Source: an uncultured delta proteobacterium (GTDB lineage Bacteria; Myxococcota; Kuafuiibacteriia; Kuafuiibacteriales; Kuafuiibacteriaceae). Taken from it: DNA of 64,000 nt. The notes beneath the pieces were generated by a model. The model ran no database searches. It saw only the letters and a program-made list of their open reading frames with translations, and had not been told where the DNA came from. Location of the stretch: NCBI GenBank assembly GCA_963803435.1, contig CAWDML010000001.1:576001-640000 (forward strand), read 5' to 3'. The position numbers and the translations under genes are program-made. Below are positions 50,358 through 60,263 of the stretch, in pieces. Every line of letters begins with the position of its first letter. Position 1 is the first letter of the stretch.

Positions 50358-51316
50358 GGCGAGATGCCACAGGTCGCCGCCAGCGCGACCATGTCCGCGG
50401 GCAACGGGGCCGACAGCGTCATCGTCTCGCGCGTGCCCGGATGACGGAAGGTCGCCGACGCGGCGTGGAGCGCCTGCCGATAGTGGCCGACCCGCCGGAC
50501 AATCTCCTCGAGCGTGTGCTCACCGCGGAGCGCCTCGATGAAGAACCGCTCGCTCCCCCGATAGAGCTTGTCACCGATGATCGGGTGGCCGGCGTGGAGC
50601 AGGTGAACGCGGATCTGGTGCTGCCGCCCCGTCTTCGGCCGTGCCTCCACCAAAGCCGCGTTCTGGCCCCGCGCGATGACGCGCACCTCGGTCAGCGCCG
50701 GCTGATCGCGAGGACCGCCCACCTCCATGATCACGGAGCTCTCGCTCTCGGGTACCAGGCGCAGCGGAGCGTCGACCGTCATCTCGTCGCGGTCCGGCGT
50801 CCCCTCGACAATCGCGAGGTAGCTCTTCTTCACCTTGCGGTCGGCGAACTGTCCCTTCAAATCGGCGGCCGCCACCATGTCGCGAGCCAAGAGCACCAGC
50901 CCCGAGGTCTCCTTGTCAATCCGATGCGCCAGGTCCAGGCCCTCGTCGTTCATCCGGGCGCGGAGGATCCGGATCAGCGTGCGCTGATACGCCGAGGCGG
51001 TCGGGTGGACGACCAGGTTGCCCGGCTTGGAGACGGCCACGATCCAATCGTCGGCGTAGAGGATCGGGATCTCGATGTCATCGGTGGGTGCCTCTTCGAG
51101 GCGCTTGCGCTTGAGGATGAGGCGGTCGCCCTCGAGGAGCTTGCTCGACGGCTTGAGGAGACCGTTGATCGGCTCTCGGCGGACGCAGCCGGTGAGGATC
51201 AGCCGCGCCGCCAGGGAGCGAGACATGCGGACGATACGCCGCGAGAGGAACACGTCGGCCCGCTGGCCTTGCTCGTGCCAGAGGACCTCGAACGGGATGT
51301 CGACCAACCCCGTCAT
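50354..51316 (-). CDS. RluA/RluD-family pseudouridine synthase
   Basis: S4-like N-terminus, KPGNLVVHP, HRIDKETSG, TGRQHQIRVH, GHPIIGDKLY, QALHA. Confidence 0.93.
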   Translation of the reverse strand: MTGLVDIPFEVLWHEQGQRADVFLSRRIVRMSRSLAARLILTGCVRREPINGLLKPSSKLLEGDRLILKRKRLEEAPTDDIEIPILYADDWIVAVSKPGNLVVHPTASAYQRTLIRILRARMNDEGLDLAHRIDKETSGLVLLARDMVAAADLKGQFADRKVKKSYLAIVEGTPDRDEMTVDAPLRLVPESESSVIMEVGGPRDQPALTEVRVIARGQNAALVEARPKTGRQHQIRVHLLHAGHPIIGDKLYRGSERFFIEALRGEHTLEEIVRRVGHYRQALHAASATFRHPGTRETMTLSAPLPADMVALAATCGISP

Positions 51317-51330
51317 GACGACGGGCGAGT

Positions 51331-52433
51331 CTACTCTTTCGCTTCGCCCGTGCCTTCGACAAAGCGGAAGGTGCGCTCGGCCAGCCGCAGCTCCACGCTG
51401 TGGGCGGCGCCCCGGGCATCACCGGCCATCTGGAGCGGCAGCGACTCGGTCGACTCGAGGCGGACGCCCTCGACCAGGAAGTCGACAAAGCCGGGGCTCT
51501 TGAGCGTGCCCGACCAGAGGCTGGGCAGATGGGAGAGGAGGAAGCTGATCGGCGTCGACGACACGCGCACGTGGAAACGATCGCTGCGTCGCCGCGCGAA
51601 CGGCAGCACCTTCATGCCGAAGCCGTAGAACGGCGAGGTCCCGACCGCCACCGCCCGCGCCATTCCTTCGAACAGCGTGGCTCGCGGCTCCAGCGGGATC
51701 TCTTCCTCCGTCTCGGGATCGATGATCGAGGCGCGCCCGAGCGACACCACACGAATATGTGCCCGCTTTTGGCGGAGCTCCCCGGAATCGTGCGAGTCCC
51801 GAGCGCATAGAAGTAACCGGGCAGGCTTTTGGCGAGTGAGCGCGTCAGCTGCGTGCGGGCCGTGTTCACGACGTCGAGGTAGTCGTTCAGCACGCGCGCG
51901 TCGTAGCCGAGGCTGGCGAAGGGGAAGAACCAACCCGACTCCGCATCCTGGATCAAGCGCAGCGGCCGAGCGGGTGGACGGGTCCCCGAGAGCATGCGCA
52001 GCACGTCGTTGGTCGGCTTCCCGGAGCCGCACAGGTGCGCGAGCCCGTTGCCAGTGCCGAGACGGAGCACGCCCAGATCGGGGAGGGCATGACGGACGCT
52101 CGATCGCGACAGCGCCTCGGCCGCCTCGATCAAGTGATTCATGGTGTGGGTGATCGTGCCGTCGCCGCCGCCGACCATCACGGTGCTGTAGCGCTCTCGG
52201 ATGATCCGGTGGGCGTGTGCCTTGGCGTCGTCGAGCGTCTCTGAATAGAAGAGATCGGACTCGGGTACCAGGCGCGCGAACTGGGCGTACACGCGCGGGT
52301 TCACGCGCTTCGCGTTGGCGTTCAGGAGGACGGCCACCCGACCCTCGCGGGGCACCAGGCGGAGCTCTGAACGACCCGGGCGGACGGACGGGGTGTCCTC
52401 GAGCGGTCGGAGACGACTCGGGCTCGGCAACAT
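51331..52433 (-). CDS. Diacylglycerol/sphingosine kinase-family (YegS-like) lipid kinase (frameshift ~51781)
   Basis: LLNANA, GGGDGT, LGTGNGLA, GYDA, FYGFGM, QMAGD. Confidence 0.82.
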
Positions 52434-52556
52434 CACCCCGGTTGAGAGCAACGACCAGGCCAAAGAACCGCCGGGTCGAAAGGTGACGCAAATGAACCAC
52501 AGTATCCGGCGAAACGAGCGCGTAGGGCGCTACGCACTGCGTCGACGCCTACGCAC

Positions 52557-52814
52557 TCAACGGTACGCGTAACGCTCCGGATTCTCGGCGAATACCGTGC
52601 GGTCCCGCGGGTCACAGAAGTAGAAGGTCCGAGCCTCGAACACCGCCGCCTCGGTCTCCGGCCCCTTTACGCATCGATGGTGGGTGACCGGACACACAAT
52701 CTCGGCGCCGTCGGGGGGCGGCGTCGCGTAGCCGCCGAGGGGGCCATGGCCCTTGGGGCACGCGGCCAGGACGAGCGCGAGGACGGCGCTAGCGCGAGAG
52801 CGTGACCAGCCCAC
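52557..52814 (-). CDS. Small YHS-domain lipoprotein
   Basis: Lipobox LAAC; CPVTHHRC...RTFYFCD...FAENPERY; start uncertain. Confidence 0.6.
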   Translation of the reverse strand: MGWSRSRASAVLALVLAACPKGHGPLGGYATPPPDGAEIVCPVTHHRCVKGPETEAAVFEARTFYFCDPRDRTVFAENPERYAYR

Positions 52815-53571
52815 CGGGCGCTCCTTCGAGGCGGCCGACAATCGTGGTCCGAAGGAACGCTGCGTGCTGGAAGAATCCGGCGCCCTCAATCATGCGAACG
52901 GCGGCCTCCTCGCCGAGATCGACGGTCACCGTCGGTCGCACCGCCATCGCCAGCAGCTCCTCGGTGAGCGCGAGCAGCACCGCCCGACCAAACCCACGCC
53001 CGCGCGCAGACTCCGTCGTGTACACGTGCACGCCGGCGACGTCCCCGAGAAGGTGCGTCACCGCCGCGACCGACACCAGCTGCTCGCCCATCGGCAGCAC
53101 GTAGGCGGGCGTGTCCTCGGCGAGCTTGGGGAACATCGGCTTCACGATCCGATGATCGTCGATCCGCACCGCTTTCCTCATGACCGGGCTCGACCCCAGC
53201 GCGCTCTTCTCGATCGTATAGCGCGCGCTGACCGAGAGGTCATTCGTCTTCAGACTCGACGAGATCGCGGGGGACGCCCAGAAGGGAAAGTGGAGCTCGA
53301 ACTGACCCCGCTCCGCAGGGAATGCATCGATGAGCGCGCCCAGCTCCGAGAGCCGGCGCGCCATCAGGTGTGCGATTGAACCGAGCCCCAGGTGCTTTTG
53401 GCCCCACCGGACCGCCAGCAGATCGTGCGGGCGCGGGACATCGTCGGCGAAGATCGTGACCAGCCCGTCGACGCCGCGCTGGCTCTCGTCGAGCGGCTCG
53501 AGGTTGGCGATGGGATCGGAGGCGAGGAGCTCGGCGATGCGGGCGCGATCGGTGATCTCGATGATCGACAC
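52789..53571 (-). CDS. GNAT-family acetyltransferase
   Basis: VYTTESARGRGFGRAVL acetyl-CoA motif A; AVRMIEGAGF. Confidence 0.8.
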   Translation of the reverse strand: MSIIEITDRARIAELLASDPIANLEPLDESQRGVDGLVTIFADDVPRPHDLLAVRWGQKHLGLGSIAHLMARRLSELGALIDAFPAERGQFELHFPFWASPAISSSLKTNDLSVSARYTIEKSALGSSPVMRKAVRIDDHRIVKPMFPKLAEDTPAYVLPMGEQLVSVAAVTHLLGDVAGVHVYTTESARGRGFGRAVLLALTEELLAMAVRPTVTVDLGEEAAVRMIEGAGFFQHAAFLRTTIVGRLEGAPGGLVTLSR

Positions 53572-53575
53572 GGCC

Positions 53576-54061
53576 TCAGCGGGGCTCGCGGCCCAGGACG
53601 CTGCAGCTCTCGGGCGGCTCGGCTTGGTGCGGGTCGGCGGTTCCGATCTCGTCGATCCGGACGGTGGCCTGCGGAAAGGCGACGGTGTGCAGCGCGCCTG
53701 CACCCTGCTCCACCTCGACGTCGGCGGGGAGCTGGATGAGCGTACCCGGATCGTCGACCGGCCCCACCTCCTCGAGGAACACGAGCCGGAGCCAGAGGAG
53801 GTTGGTGCAGTGTTCGTCGTCGACGGTGTCGGAGATCGTGATCTTCTGCTTCTTCTTGGCGTCGACGTCGAGCACGCCGATCACTTCGTACTCCTCGGCG
53901 CAGAAGCGATCACGGAACGGTTGATCGCAGCCTCCGGTGAGGTCGGCCTCGGGAGCGCGGACCTCGAGGCCGATCTTTTGATCGAGGAGGTTCTCGAGCC
54001 TCATCTCGTCATGGCCGCAGCCGGCGAGGAGCGCGAGACCCAGGATCGCGCGGATCGACAC
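53576..54061 (-). CDS. Hypothetical lipoprotein
   Basis: Lipobox LAGC; acidic mature domain with four further Cys. Confidence 0.65.
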   Translation of the reverse strand: MSIRAILGLALLAGCGHDEMRLENLLDQKIGLEVRAPEADLTGGCDQPFRDRFCAEEYEVIGVLDVDAKKKQKITISDTVDDEHCTNLLWLRLVFLEEVGPVDDPGTLIQLPADVEVEQGAGALHTVAFPQATVRIDEIGTADPHQAEPPESCSVLGREPR

Positions 54062-54101
54062 GCGTCGATCCTGGCGCGAACCGGTCGGAGGGGCAAGTTT
54101 C

Positions 54102-55541
54102 TCACTGAACGATGGCGACGCCCGATCGGCTGGGCTTGCGGCGCCCGCGGCTGATCGAGCGCTCCGACACCGGGGGAACGTCGATCTGATAGGCGCGCAT
54201 CTTCCGGTACATGGTGGCGCGACCGACGCCGAGGAGCTCGGCGGCTCGGGATACGCACCCGCCCGCGTGACGGAGTGCGAAGCGGAAGATCTCCGCCTCG
54301 TAGATGTCGAAGCGCTGCACCCGCCCGCCCTGATCGAGCGTCGGCGCCCACGCCGAGGGCGAAGGTCGGGCGGCGCCCACGGGGTTCTTGAGCGGACGTC
54401 GCTCGCTCTTCCGGCCCAGATCGAGGACCAACCGGCCCTCGCGATCGAGTCGCGCCGACTCGAAGACCAAGCGCATCAGCTCGGCCACTCCGCCGGTAAC
54501 GCTTCGCTCGATGACCGTTCGCGCCGCGCGCGGATCGATCGCAGACCCGCTGGCTTTGGCGGCGGTCCCGACGGCCGCCACCAGGTTGTTGAAGATGTGC
54601 TGGCTGTCCGCGCCGCGGGCGTGGAGGCGCGGGAACACCATCGCGGTCGGCGCCAGCTGACCGGCGGCCTCGCGCTCGACGCGCATGTCGGCGGCGGGCT
54701 CTTCCTCGGTCGCGATGATCATCGGCGGCCAGCGGACCTCGACCCCGGAGTCGCGGGACTCTCGTAGACCTTCGAGCAGCTTGGCCAGGCGCTCGCGGCC
54801 GGACGGGCCGAGCGAGTCGAGCGACTCGATGAAGACGATGCCACCCTTGGCCAGCGAGAACGCCGACGGCTGCGAGGCGGTGCCGAAGAGCATGTCCTCG
54901 GGCGTCGCGTCGTCCGTGTTTTCGGCGACCACCACGAAGGGACCGCCGGCTCGGGGTGAGGCCGCCAGGTATCGGCGTGCGAGCTGTTCTGCGAGCGGGC
55001 GCTCGCAGACGAGGGTCACGGTCCGCTCCTGCTTCGCCGCCTCGTCGAGACGGTCGAGCGCACCCTGCATCCGCTCGTCCTCGGCGACCAGGAGGTCGCA
55101 CACCACCGGACCGGAGAGCTCGACCGGACGCGTGTCGTCCTCGATCACCTCGATCGGATCGACCGCGGGCTTGTGCTCCTCGAGGAGCCGGTACAGGCGC
55201 TCGCCCTCGACGGGCCGCTCGAGCACGTCGATCGCGCCCAGCTTCACCGCCTCGACCGCCGTGGCGATGCGGACCGTTTTCGCGGTGCACACGACCTTCG
55301 GCTGGCACCGATGTCCTACGCAGGCCTTCACCAGCGCGAGACCCGGCATCTCACGCTGGGCGAGGCTCACGATCACGAACTCGGGGAGGTGTTCGTCGAG
55401 CGCGCGCAGGCCTTCAGCCGGGGTCGAGACCTCGATGATCTCGTAGCCACGACCGCACAGGAAGCGGCCCGCGTTCCGCCGGAACGAGGCGTCGGTGTCG
55501 ATTATCAGGACTCGCAATCCACGCATCACGCCGGTCCTCAT
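54102..55541 (-). CDS. NtrC-like REC-AAA-Fis regulator with degenerate receiver and ATPase motifs
   Basis: REC fold (VLIIDTD...AVEAVKLGA), remnant SPRAGGPFVVV/LFG/GGIVFIE, Fis HTH GCVSRAAELLGVGRATMYRKM. Confidence 0.8.
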   Translation of the reverse strand: MRTGVMRGLRVLIIDTDASFRRNAGRFLCGRGYEIIEVSTPAEGLRALDEHLPEFVIVSLAQREMPGLALVKACVGHRCQPKVVCTAKTVRIATAVEAVKLGAIDVLERPVEGERLYRLLEEHKPAVDPIEVIEDDTRPVELSGPVVCDLLVAEDERMQGALDRLDEAAKQERTVTLVCERPLAEQLARRYLAASPRAGGPFVVVAENTDDATPEDMLFGTASQPSAFSLAKGGIVFIESLDSLGPSGRERLAKLLEGLRESRDSGVEVRWPPMIIATEEEPAADMRVEREAAGQLAPTAMVFPRLHARGADSQHIFNNLVAAVGTAAKASGSAIDPRAARTVIERSVTGGVAELMRLVFESARLDREGRLVLDLGRKSERRPLKNPVGAARPSPSAWAPTLDQGGRVQRFDIYEAEIFRFALRHAGGCVSRAAELLGVGRATMYRKMRAYQIDVPPVSERSISRGRRKPSRSGVAIVQ

Positions 55542-55565
55542 CGGCGCACTGCGCGCTATGTTGAG

Positions 55566-56882
55566 TCAACACAGCACTTTTCTCACCGCACGTTCTACGC
55601 GGTCCATTCCCTCCCGAGCATCGTCGAGCGTCACGTCGAGCGCCGGACGCAGCCGCACGGTGCGGTCCCCACACGGGAGCACCAGCAGGCTCTCCTCCTC
55701 GCGCGCGACGCGGATGATCTCGTCGCGCGCAAGACGATCGGGGACGTCGAACGCGATCAGGAGACCGCGGCCGCGCGGGTTGTCGATCTTCCGGTTCATC
55801 GCGGCGAGCCCGCGCGCCCGCTCGAGGAAGTAGTCTCCCATTCGCGCCGCGTTCTGGAGCAAGCCGTCGCCGTGCATGACCTCGAGGATCCGCGTGCAGC
55901 GCACGTAATCGACCAGATTCCCCGCGAAGGTGCTGCTGATCCGGGAGCGGACCTTGAAGACGTTTTCGACCTCGTCGAGCCGCGGACCGGCCATCAGGCC
56001 ACCGGTCTGCGCACGTTTTGCAAAGGCCACCAGGTCCGGCTTCACGCCGACGAGCTCGTAGAGCCAGCGCCGGCCGCTCGTCCCCATCCCCGTCTGCACC
56101 TCGTCGAAGATCAGGAGCGTCTCCCGCGCGTCGCAGATGTCGCGCAACGCGCGCAGGAACTCGGGACGGAAGTGACGGTCGCCGCCCTCGCACTGGATCG
56201 GCTCGATGATGATGCAGGCGATGTCGTCGCCGTGCTGGTCGTACGCGCGGTCAATCTCGGCCAGCGCCTCCTGCTCGGCGTGCTCGACCTCCTGGATCGC
56301 GGCCGCGTCCGCAGGGAAGCGCAACGCCGGGCTCGAGATCCGGGGCCAGTCGAACTTCGGGTAGTACATCGTCTTGCGCGGATCGGAGGTGTTGGTCAGC
56401 GAGAGCGTGTAGCCGCTGCGACCGTGGAACGCGTGCCGGAAGTGGATGACCTGTGTCCCCTTGTTCTCGATGCCGCGCGCGAGGTTCTTGCGCACCTTCC
56501 AGTCGAAGGCGGCCTTGAGCGCGTTCTCCACGGCCAGGGCCCCGCCGTCGATGAAGAACAGATACTTCATGCCCGGGCCCATGGCCTGGCTGCGGAACGT
56601 CTCCACGAAGTCGGCGAAGAGGGTTGTGTACACGTCACAGTTGGAGGGCTTGGACGAAGCGGCCTGGCGCAGGCGCTCCAGGTACTCGGGCTCCAGGAGC
56701 TTCGGGTGGTTGAAGGCGAGGGGCCGCGACGCAAAGAAGCAGAAGAAATCGAGAAAATCGCGACCCGTGATCGCGTCGTGGAGGTGCTGGCCTTTGCTCT
56801 GGTCCAGATCGAGGACGAAAGGATAGCCCTCGACGAGCATCGAGCGCCGGAGGACGTCGTGGACCTCAGTCGGCTGAACCAT
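55566..56882 (-). CDS. lat: L-lysine 6-aminotransferase
   Basis: FLDFFCFFAS, KPSNCDVY, GALAVENALKAAFDWK, AFHGRSGYTLSLTNT, EPIQCEGGD, DEVQTG, FAK, RISSTFAGNLVD. Confidence 0.9.
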   Translation of the reverse strand: MVQPTEVHDVLRRSMLVEGYPFVLDLDQSKGQHLHDAITGRDFLDFFCFFASRPLAFNHPKLLEPEYLERLRQAASSKPSNCDVYTTLFADFVETFRSQAMGPGMKYLFFIDGGALAVENALKAAFDWKVRKNLARGIENKGTQVIHFRHAFHGRSGYTLSLTNTSDPRKTMYYPKFDWPRISSPALRFPADAAAIQEVEHAEQEALAEIDRAYDQHGDDIACIIIEPIQCEGGDRHFRPEFLRALRDICDARETLLIFDEVQTGMGTSGRRWLYELVGVKPDLVAFAKRAQTGGLMAGPRLDEVENVFKVRSRISSTFAGNLVDYVRCTRILEVMHGDGLLQNAARMGDYFLERARGLAAMNRKIDNPRGRGLLIAFDVPDRLARDEIIRVAREEESLLVLPCGDRTVRLRPALDVTLDDAREGMDRVERAVRKVLC

Positions 56883-56999
56883 CGAGAGACTTTGCAGGAA
56901 AATCGAAGGTTTGTCAGCTAACAGGCGGGTCGGGCCGGCGCCCGCGCCATCGAGTCGTAGTGAAAGCCGGCATCGCCTGCTAGCTTCGATTCGGCGGGC

Positions 57000-57986
57000 G
57001 TGACGGAGCTGGTTTCCAACGTTTCGCGGTCGAGCGACGCCGAGGAAACCGGCGCACCCGACGACCCTGGGCGGGGCAACCTCGCCGTTCTCCGGATCTC
57101 GGACCTCTTCGCCATCTCCGTGCCGATGGTGCTCGGCCTGGTCCTGCTGTCCAACGCCGAGCGGGTCATCGACGGGTATTCGGAGGCGGCCGCGCTCATC
57201 GGGGCGGCCGTGTTCGGGTTCGCCTGCCGGACCTGGGCGACGCGCAGCCCCCGCCTCCCCGCGCAGATCGTCGGCGGCTTCTACGTGATGGTTCCACTGT
57301 GGGTCCTCTACTCACGGCTCAACCCGCTGATCGACCTGCTCTCTCCGGTCCCCTACGATCGCGATCTCCAGGCGCTCGATCACCTGCTCTTCGGCCTGCA
57401 GCCATCGGTCTGGATGGAGCAGTTCCACCGGCCCTGGCTCACCGAGCTCCTCTTCTGGTGCTACCTCGCGTTCTTCTTCTGGCAGCTCGCGCTCGGCGTC
57501 GTCCTCTTCGTCCGCAAGGACAAGAGCGCGTTCAACGACTTCATCCTCACCGTGCTCGTCTTCTACATCCTGAGCGACGTCATGTACGTGCTGGTCCCTG
57601 CGATCGGACCCCGCTTCGCTCTGGCGGATCAGTACACGGTGCCGCTCCAGGGGCTGTGGTATGCCGAGAGCCTCCGCCATACCTTCGCGATCAACCCGAT
57701 GCTGCGGGACTGCTTCCCGTCGGGGCACACCGGTCTGACGCTCCTGGTGATGTTCCATGCGCTCCACAAGAAGGCGCACGTCTTCTTCGCGATCATGTTG
57801 CCGTTCGGGCTGTTGTTGATCTTTTCCACGGTCTATTGCCGCTTCCACTACGTCATCGACCTGCTCTGCGCGATCCCGTTCACCACCGGCATTTATCTGC
57901 TTCAGACCTCGCTCAAGCGGGCGCTCCCGCAGGGGCTCGCCATCCCGATGCCGCGCGTCCGCGAACGGGCCGAAGTGCTACACTGA
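57000..57986 (+). CDS. PAP2-superfamily membrane phosphatase/phosphotransferase (AUR1/IPC-synthase-like)
   Basis: PAIGPRF, RDCFPSGH, STVYCRFHYVID; multi-TM. Confidence 0.82.
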   Translation: MTELVSNVSRSSDAEETGAPDDPGRGNLAVLRISDLFAISVPMVLGLVLLSNAERVIDGYSEAAALIGAAVFGFACRTWATRSPRLPAQIVGGFYVMVPLWVLYSRLNPLIDLLSPVPYDRDLQALDHLLFGLQPSVWMEQFHRPWLTELLFWCYLAFFFWQLALGVVLFVRKDKSAFNDFILTVLVFYILSDVMYVLVPAIGPRFALADQYTVPLQGLWYAESLRHTFAINPMLRDCFPSGHTGLTLLVMFHALHKKAHVFFAIMLPFGLLLIFSTVYCRFHYVIDLLCAIPFTTGIYLLQTSLKRALPQGLAIPMPRVRERAEVLH

Positions 57987-57993
57987 GCGCGCC

Positions 57994-58677
57994 GTGGGCA
58001 AAAAGAAGCGGCGCGGGGACGAGCCGTTCAACAACCCGTTTGCAGTGATCGGCGAGGAGCTGAAGAAGAAGGTCGCGCTCGAGCAGGCGACACCGCCGAA
58101 GCTGGCGCCGAAGCCGCCGCCGCCGCCGCCCGTCGAGCCCGAGGTGGATCTGTTCGCGCGCGCCATGGCCGGCACACGGCCGATCAACGGCGATCCGCGC
58201 GGCGTCATCCAACCCGAGCTACCCCCGGGGGACGCGGAGCACGTGCCGATCTACGACGAGGACGCGGAGGCGTATGCGGAGCTGGTCGACCTGGTCGAGG
58301 GCCGCGCGAAGTTCGACATCTCGGACTCGGACGAGTTCATCGAGGGCGGGGTCGAGGGCCTCGACCGCAGGATCCTCCAGGGCCTCAAGCGGGGCGACTA
58401 CGCGTTCCGCACGCACCTCGATCTGCATGGGATGACCCGGGAGGACGCGCGCGACGCCGTCGATCAGTTCGTGACCAAAGCGCGCCGCGACAAGCATCGC
58501 TGTGTGCTGATCGTGCACGGGCGTGGACACAACTCGAAGGACAACATCCCGGTGCTCAAGGGCTTGCTCAAGAGCTGGCTCGAGCGCGGGCGGATCGCGA
58601 AGAGCGTTCTGGCTTTCTGTACCGCCCGACCGCATGATGGCGGCGCCGGCGCGGTCTACGTGCTGCTTCGACGATGA
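57994..58677 (+). CDS. Smr-domain protein
   Basis: LDLHGMT, VLIVHGRG, PVLK, HDGGAGAVYVLLR. Confidence 0.92.
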   Translation: MGKKKRRGDEPFNNPFAVIGEELKKKVALEQATPPKLAPKPPPPPPVEPEVDLFARAMAGTRPINGDPRGVIQPELPPGDAEHVPIYDEDAEAYAELVDLVEGRAKFDISDSDEFIEGGVEGLDRRILQGLKRGDYAFRTHLDLHGMTREDARDAVDQFVTKARRDKHRCVLIVHGRGHNSKDNIPVLKGLLKSWLERGRIAKSVLAFCTARPHDGGAGAVYVLLRR

Positions 58678-59303
58678 TCCCGCATCGACAAGGCTTCATC
58701 GCTTCCTTCTCCTACGCGTTCGACGGACTGCTCCGCACCGTCCTCACCCAGCGCAACATGAAGATCCACTGGGTGTCGGGGCTCGCGGTGATGCTGGTGG
58801 GGATGGCCCTCGAGCTCGACGTGGCGGCGCGAGCGAGCGTGATGTTCTGCGTGTTCGTGGTGCTCTGCATGGAGGTGCTCAACACGGGGCTGGAGGCGTT
58901 CGTCGACCTGCACGTCAAGCAGTACGCCCGCACGGCGATGATCGCGAAGGACGCGGCGGCGGCGGCGGTGCTCGTGCTGGCGTTCGCCGCGGTCGTGGTG
59001 TTCGCCGACATCCTGTTCCACAACTGGAGACACGTCCTGGCCAGCGGTACGGCGATCGTCCGCACGCTGATCTACGGGCTGCCGCTGCTGGCGCTGATGG
59101 CCGCCATCCTCTCGATCAAGCGCTCGCTCATCGCTCTGGTCGTGTTGACCACGGGCGCGGTCGGCCTGCTCACCGTGCTCGCCTGGTACTCGCGCGACGA
59201 GGTGTTCAGCTCGTGCGCGCTCTCGTTCGTGATCACCGGCGCGTGGGCGCGGCTCCAGGAGCCGCGGCTCGTCCAGCCCAGCCCAGATACGCCGCCAACA
59301 TGA
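58674..59303 (+). CDS. DgkA-family diacylglycerol/undecaprenol kinase with extra C-terminal TM helices
   Basis: SFSYAFDGL, QRNMKIH, EVLNTGLEAFVDL, AKDAAAAAVL, followed by ~3 additional TMs. Confidence 0.85.
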   Translation: MIPHRQGFIASFSYAFDGLLRTVLTQRNMKIHWVSGLAVMLVGMALELDVAARASVMFCVFVVLCMEVLNTGLEAFVDLHVKQYARTAMIAKDAAAAAVLVLAFAAVVVFADILFHNWRHVLASGTAIVRTLIYGLPLLALMAAILSIKRSLIALVVLTTGAVGLLTVLAWYSRDEVFSSCALSFVITGAWARLQEPRLVQPSPDTPPT

Positions 59304-60258
59304 CCACGTTGAGGAGCGCGAGCAGCAGGCGCGGCGCCGGCCCCAGCGGGAACTGGCGGAAGTAGCCCTCGATCGTGCCGGCGTAGAGCAAGAGCAGGAG
59401 CGAGAAGCCGAGCAGCACCGCGGCGCGCTTCCCCTCGTGGACGAGGGCCTCCCGCCGCCGTCGCTCGCCCGGCGCGATCACCGCTCGACCGAGCACGAGA
59501 CCGCCGGCCGCCGCCACCGAGAGCGCGAGCACCTCGGGGACCCCGTGCGGGAGCACCCAGGACCAGAAGGCGGGATCGACGCCGTGCCGATCGTAGAGCG
59601 CCGCCATGCTCCCCAAGAGCGCGCCATTCATCAGCGTGATCAGGATCGTGGGAACGCCGCCGGCGATCCCCAGCGCGAACGACATCAGCGCCACGCGCGA
59701 GTTGTTCGCCACCAGGGTCAGGGCGAAGGCGGACAGTCCGGTCAGGCCGAGCACCTGGCCCGACGTGATGTACGCGCGCCGGACCTGCTCCGAGTCGATC
59801 AGCGCCTGGACCACCTCGGCCGGAAACATCAGGCTCATCAGAGGATAGGCGAGCTCGACGTGCGCTCGGGTGGCGACGTACGCGAGCGCGGCGCCCAGCG
59901 CGAACACCGCGAACGCCAGGGCCTGCAGCTCCTTCGTCTCGCGGAACGCGATCGAGAATCCACCCATCACCAGGTTCACCAGCGGGCGCAACCCGCGCTT
60001 CGGCGGCTGATAGATCGCGAAGTGGGCGCGCCGCACCAGCTCGTCCAGATACCGGCGGCGGGCGCGATCGAACTCGAGGCGGCGTGCCTCGGCGAGCCGG
60101 GCCGCCGCGCGCCGGTAGAGCGCGCCCATGCGATCGAGCTCGACCAGGGAGAGGTCGCGCTCGCCCTTCTTCTCCAGCCTCGCCAGGAGCGCCTCCAGCT
60201 CGGACCAGGCGACCTGTTCCTCGGCGCGCCGCTTCGATAGGTCGAACAGCCCGGCCAC
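59233..60258 (-). CDS. Stage II sporulation protein M (DUF95) family membrane protein
   Basis: WSELEALL, LYRRAAARLA, NNSRVA, NGALLG, LPHGVPE, AGTIEG. Confidence 0.88.
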   Translation of the reverse strand: MAGLFDLSKRRAEEQVAWSELEALLARLEKKGERDLSLVELDRMGALYRRAAARLAEARRLEFDRARRRYLDELVRRAHFAIYQPPKRGLRPLVNLVMGGFSIAFRETKELQALAFAVFALGAALAYVATRAHVELAYPLMSLMFPAEVVQALIDSEQVRRAYITSGQVLGLTGLSAFALTLVANNSRVALMSFALGIAGGVPTILITLMNGALLGSMAALYDRHGVDPAFWSWVLPHGVPEVLALSVAAAGGLVLGRAVIAPGERRRREALVHEGKRAAVLLGFSLLLLLYAGTIEGYFRQFPLGPAPRLLLALLNVVMLAAYLGWAGRAAAPGAAPTRR

Positions 60259-60263
60259 GCCGC

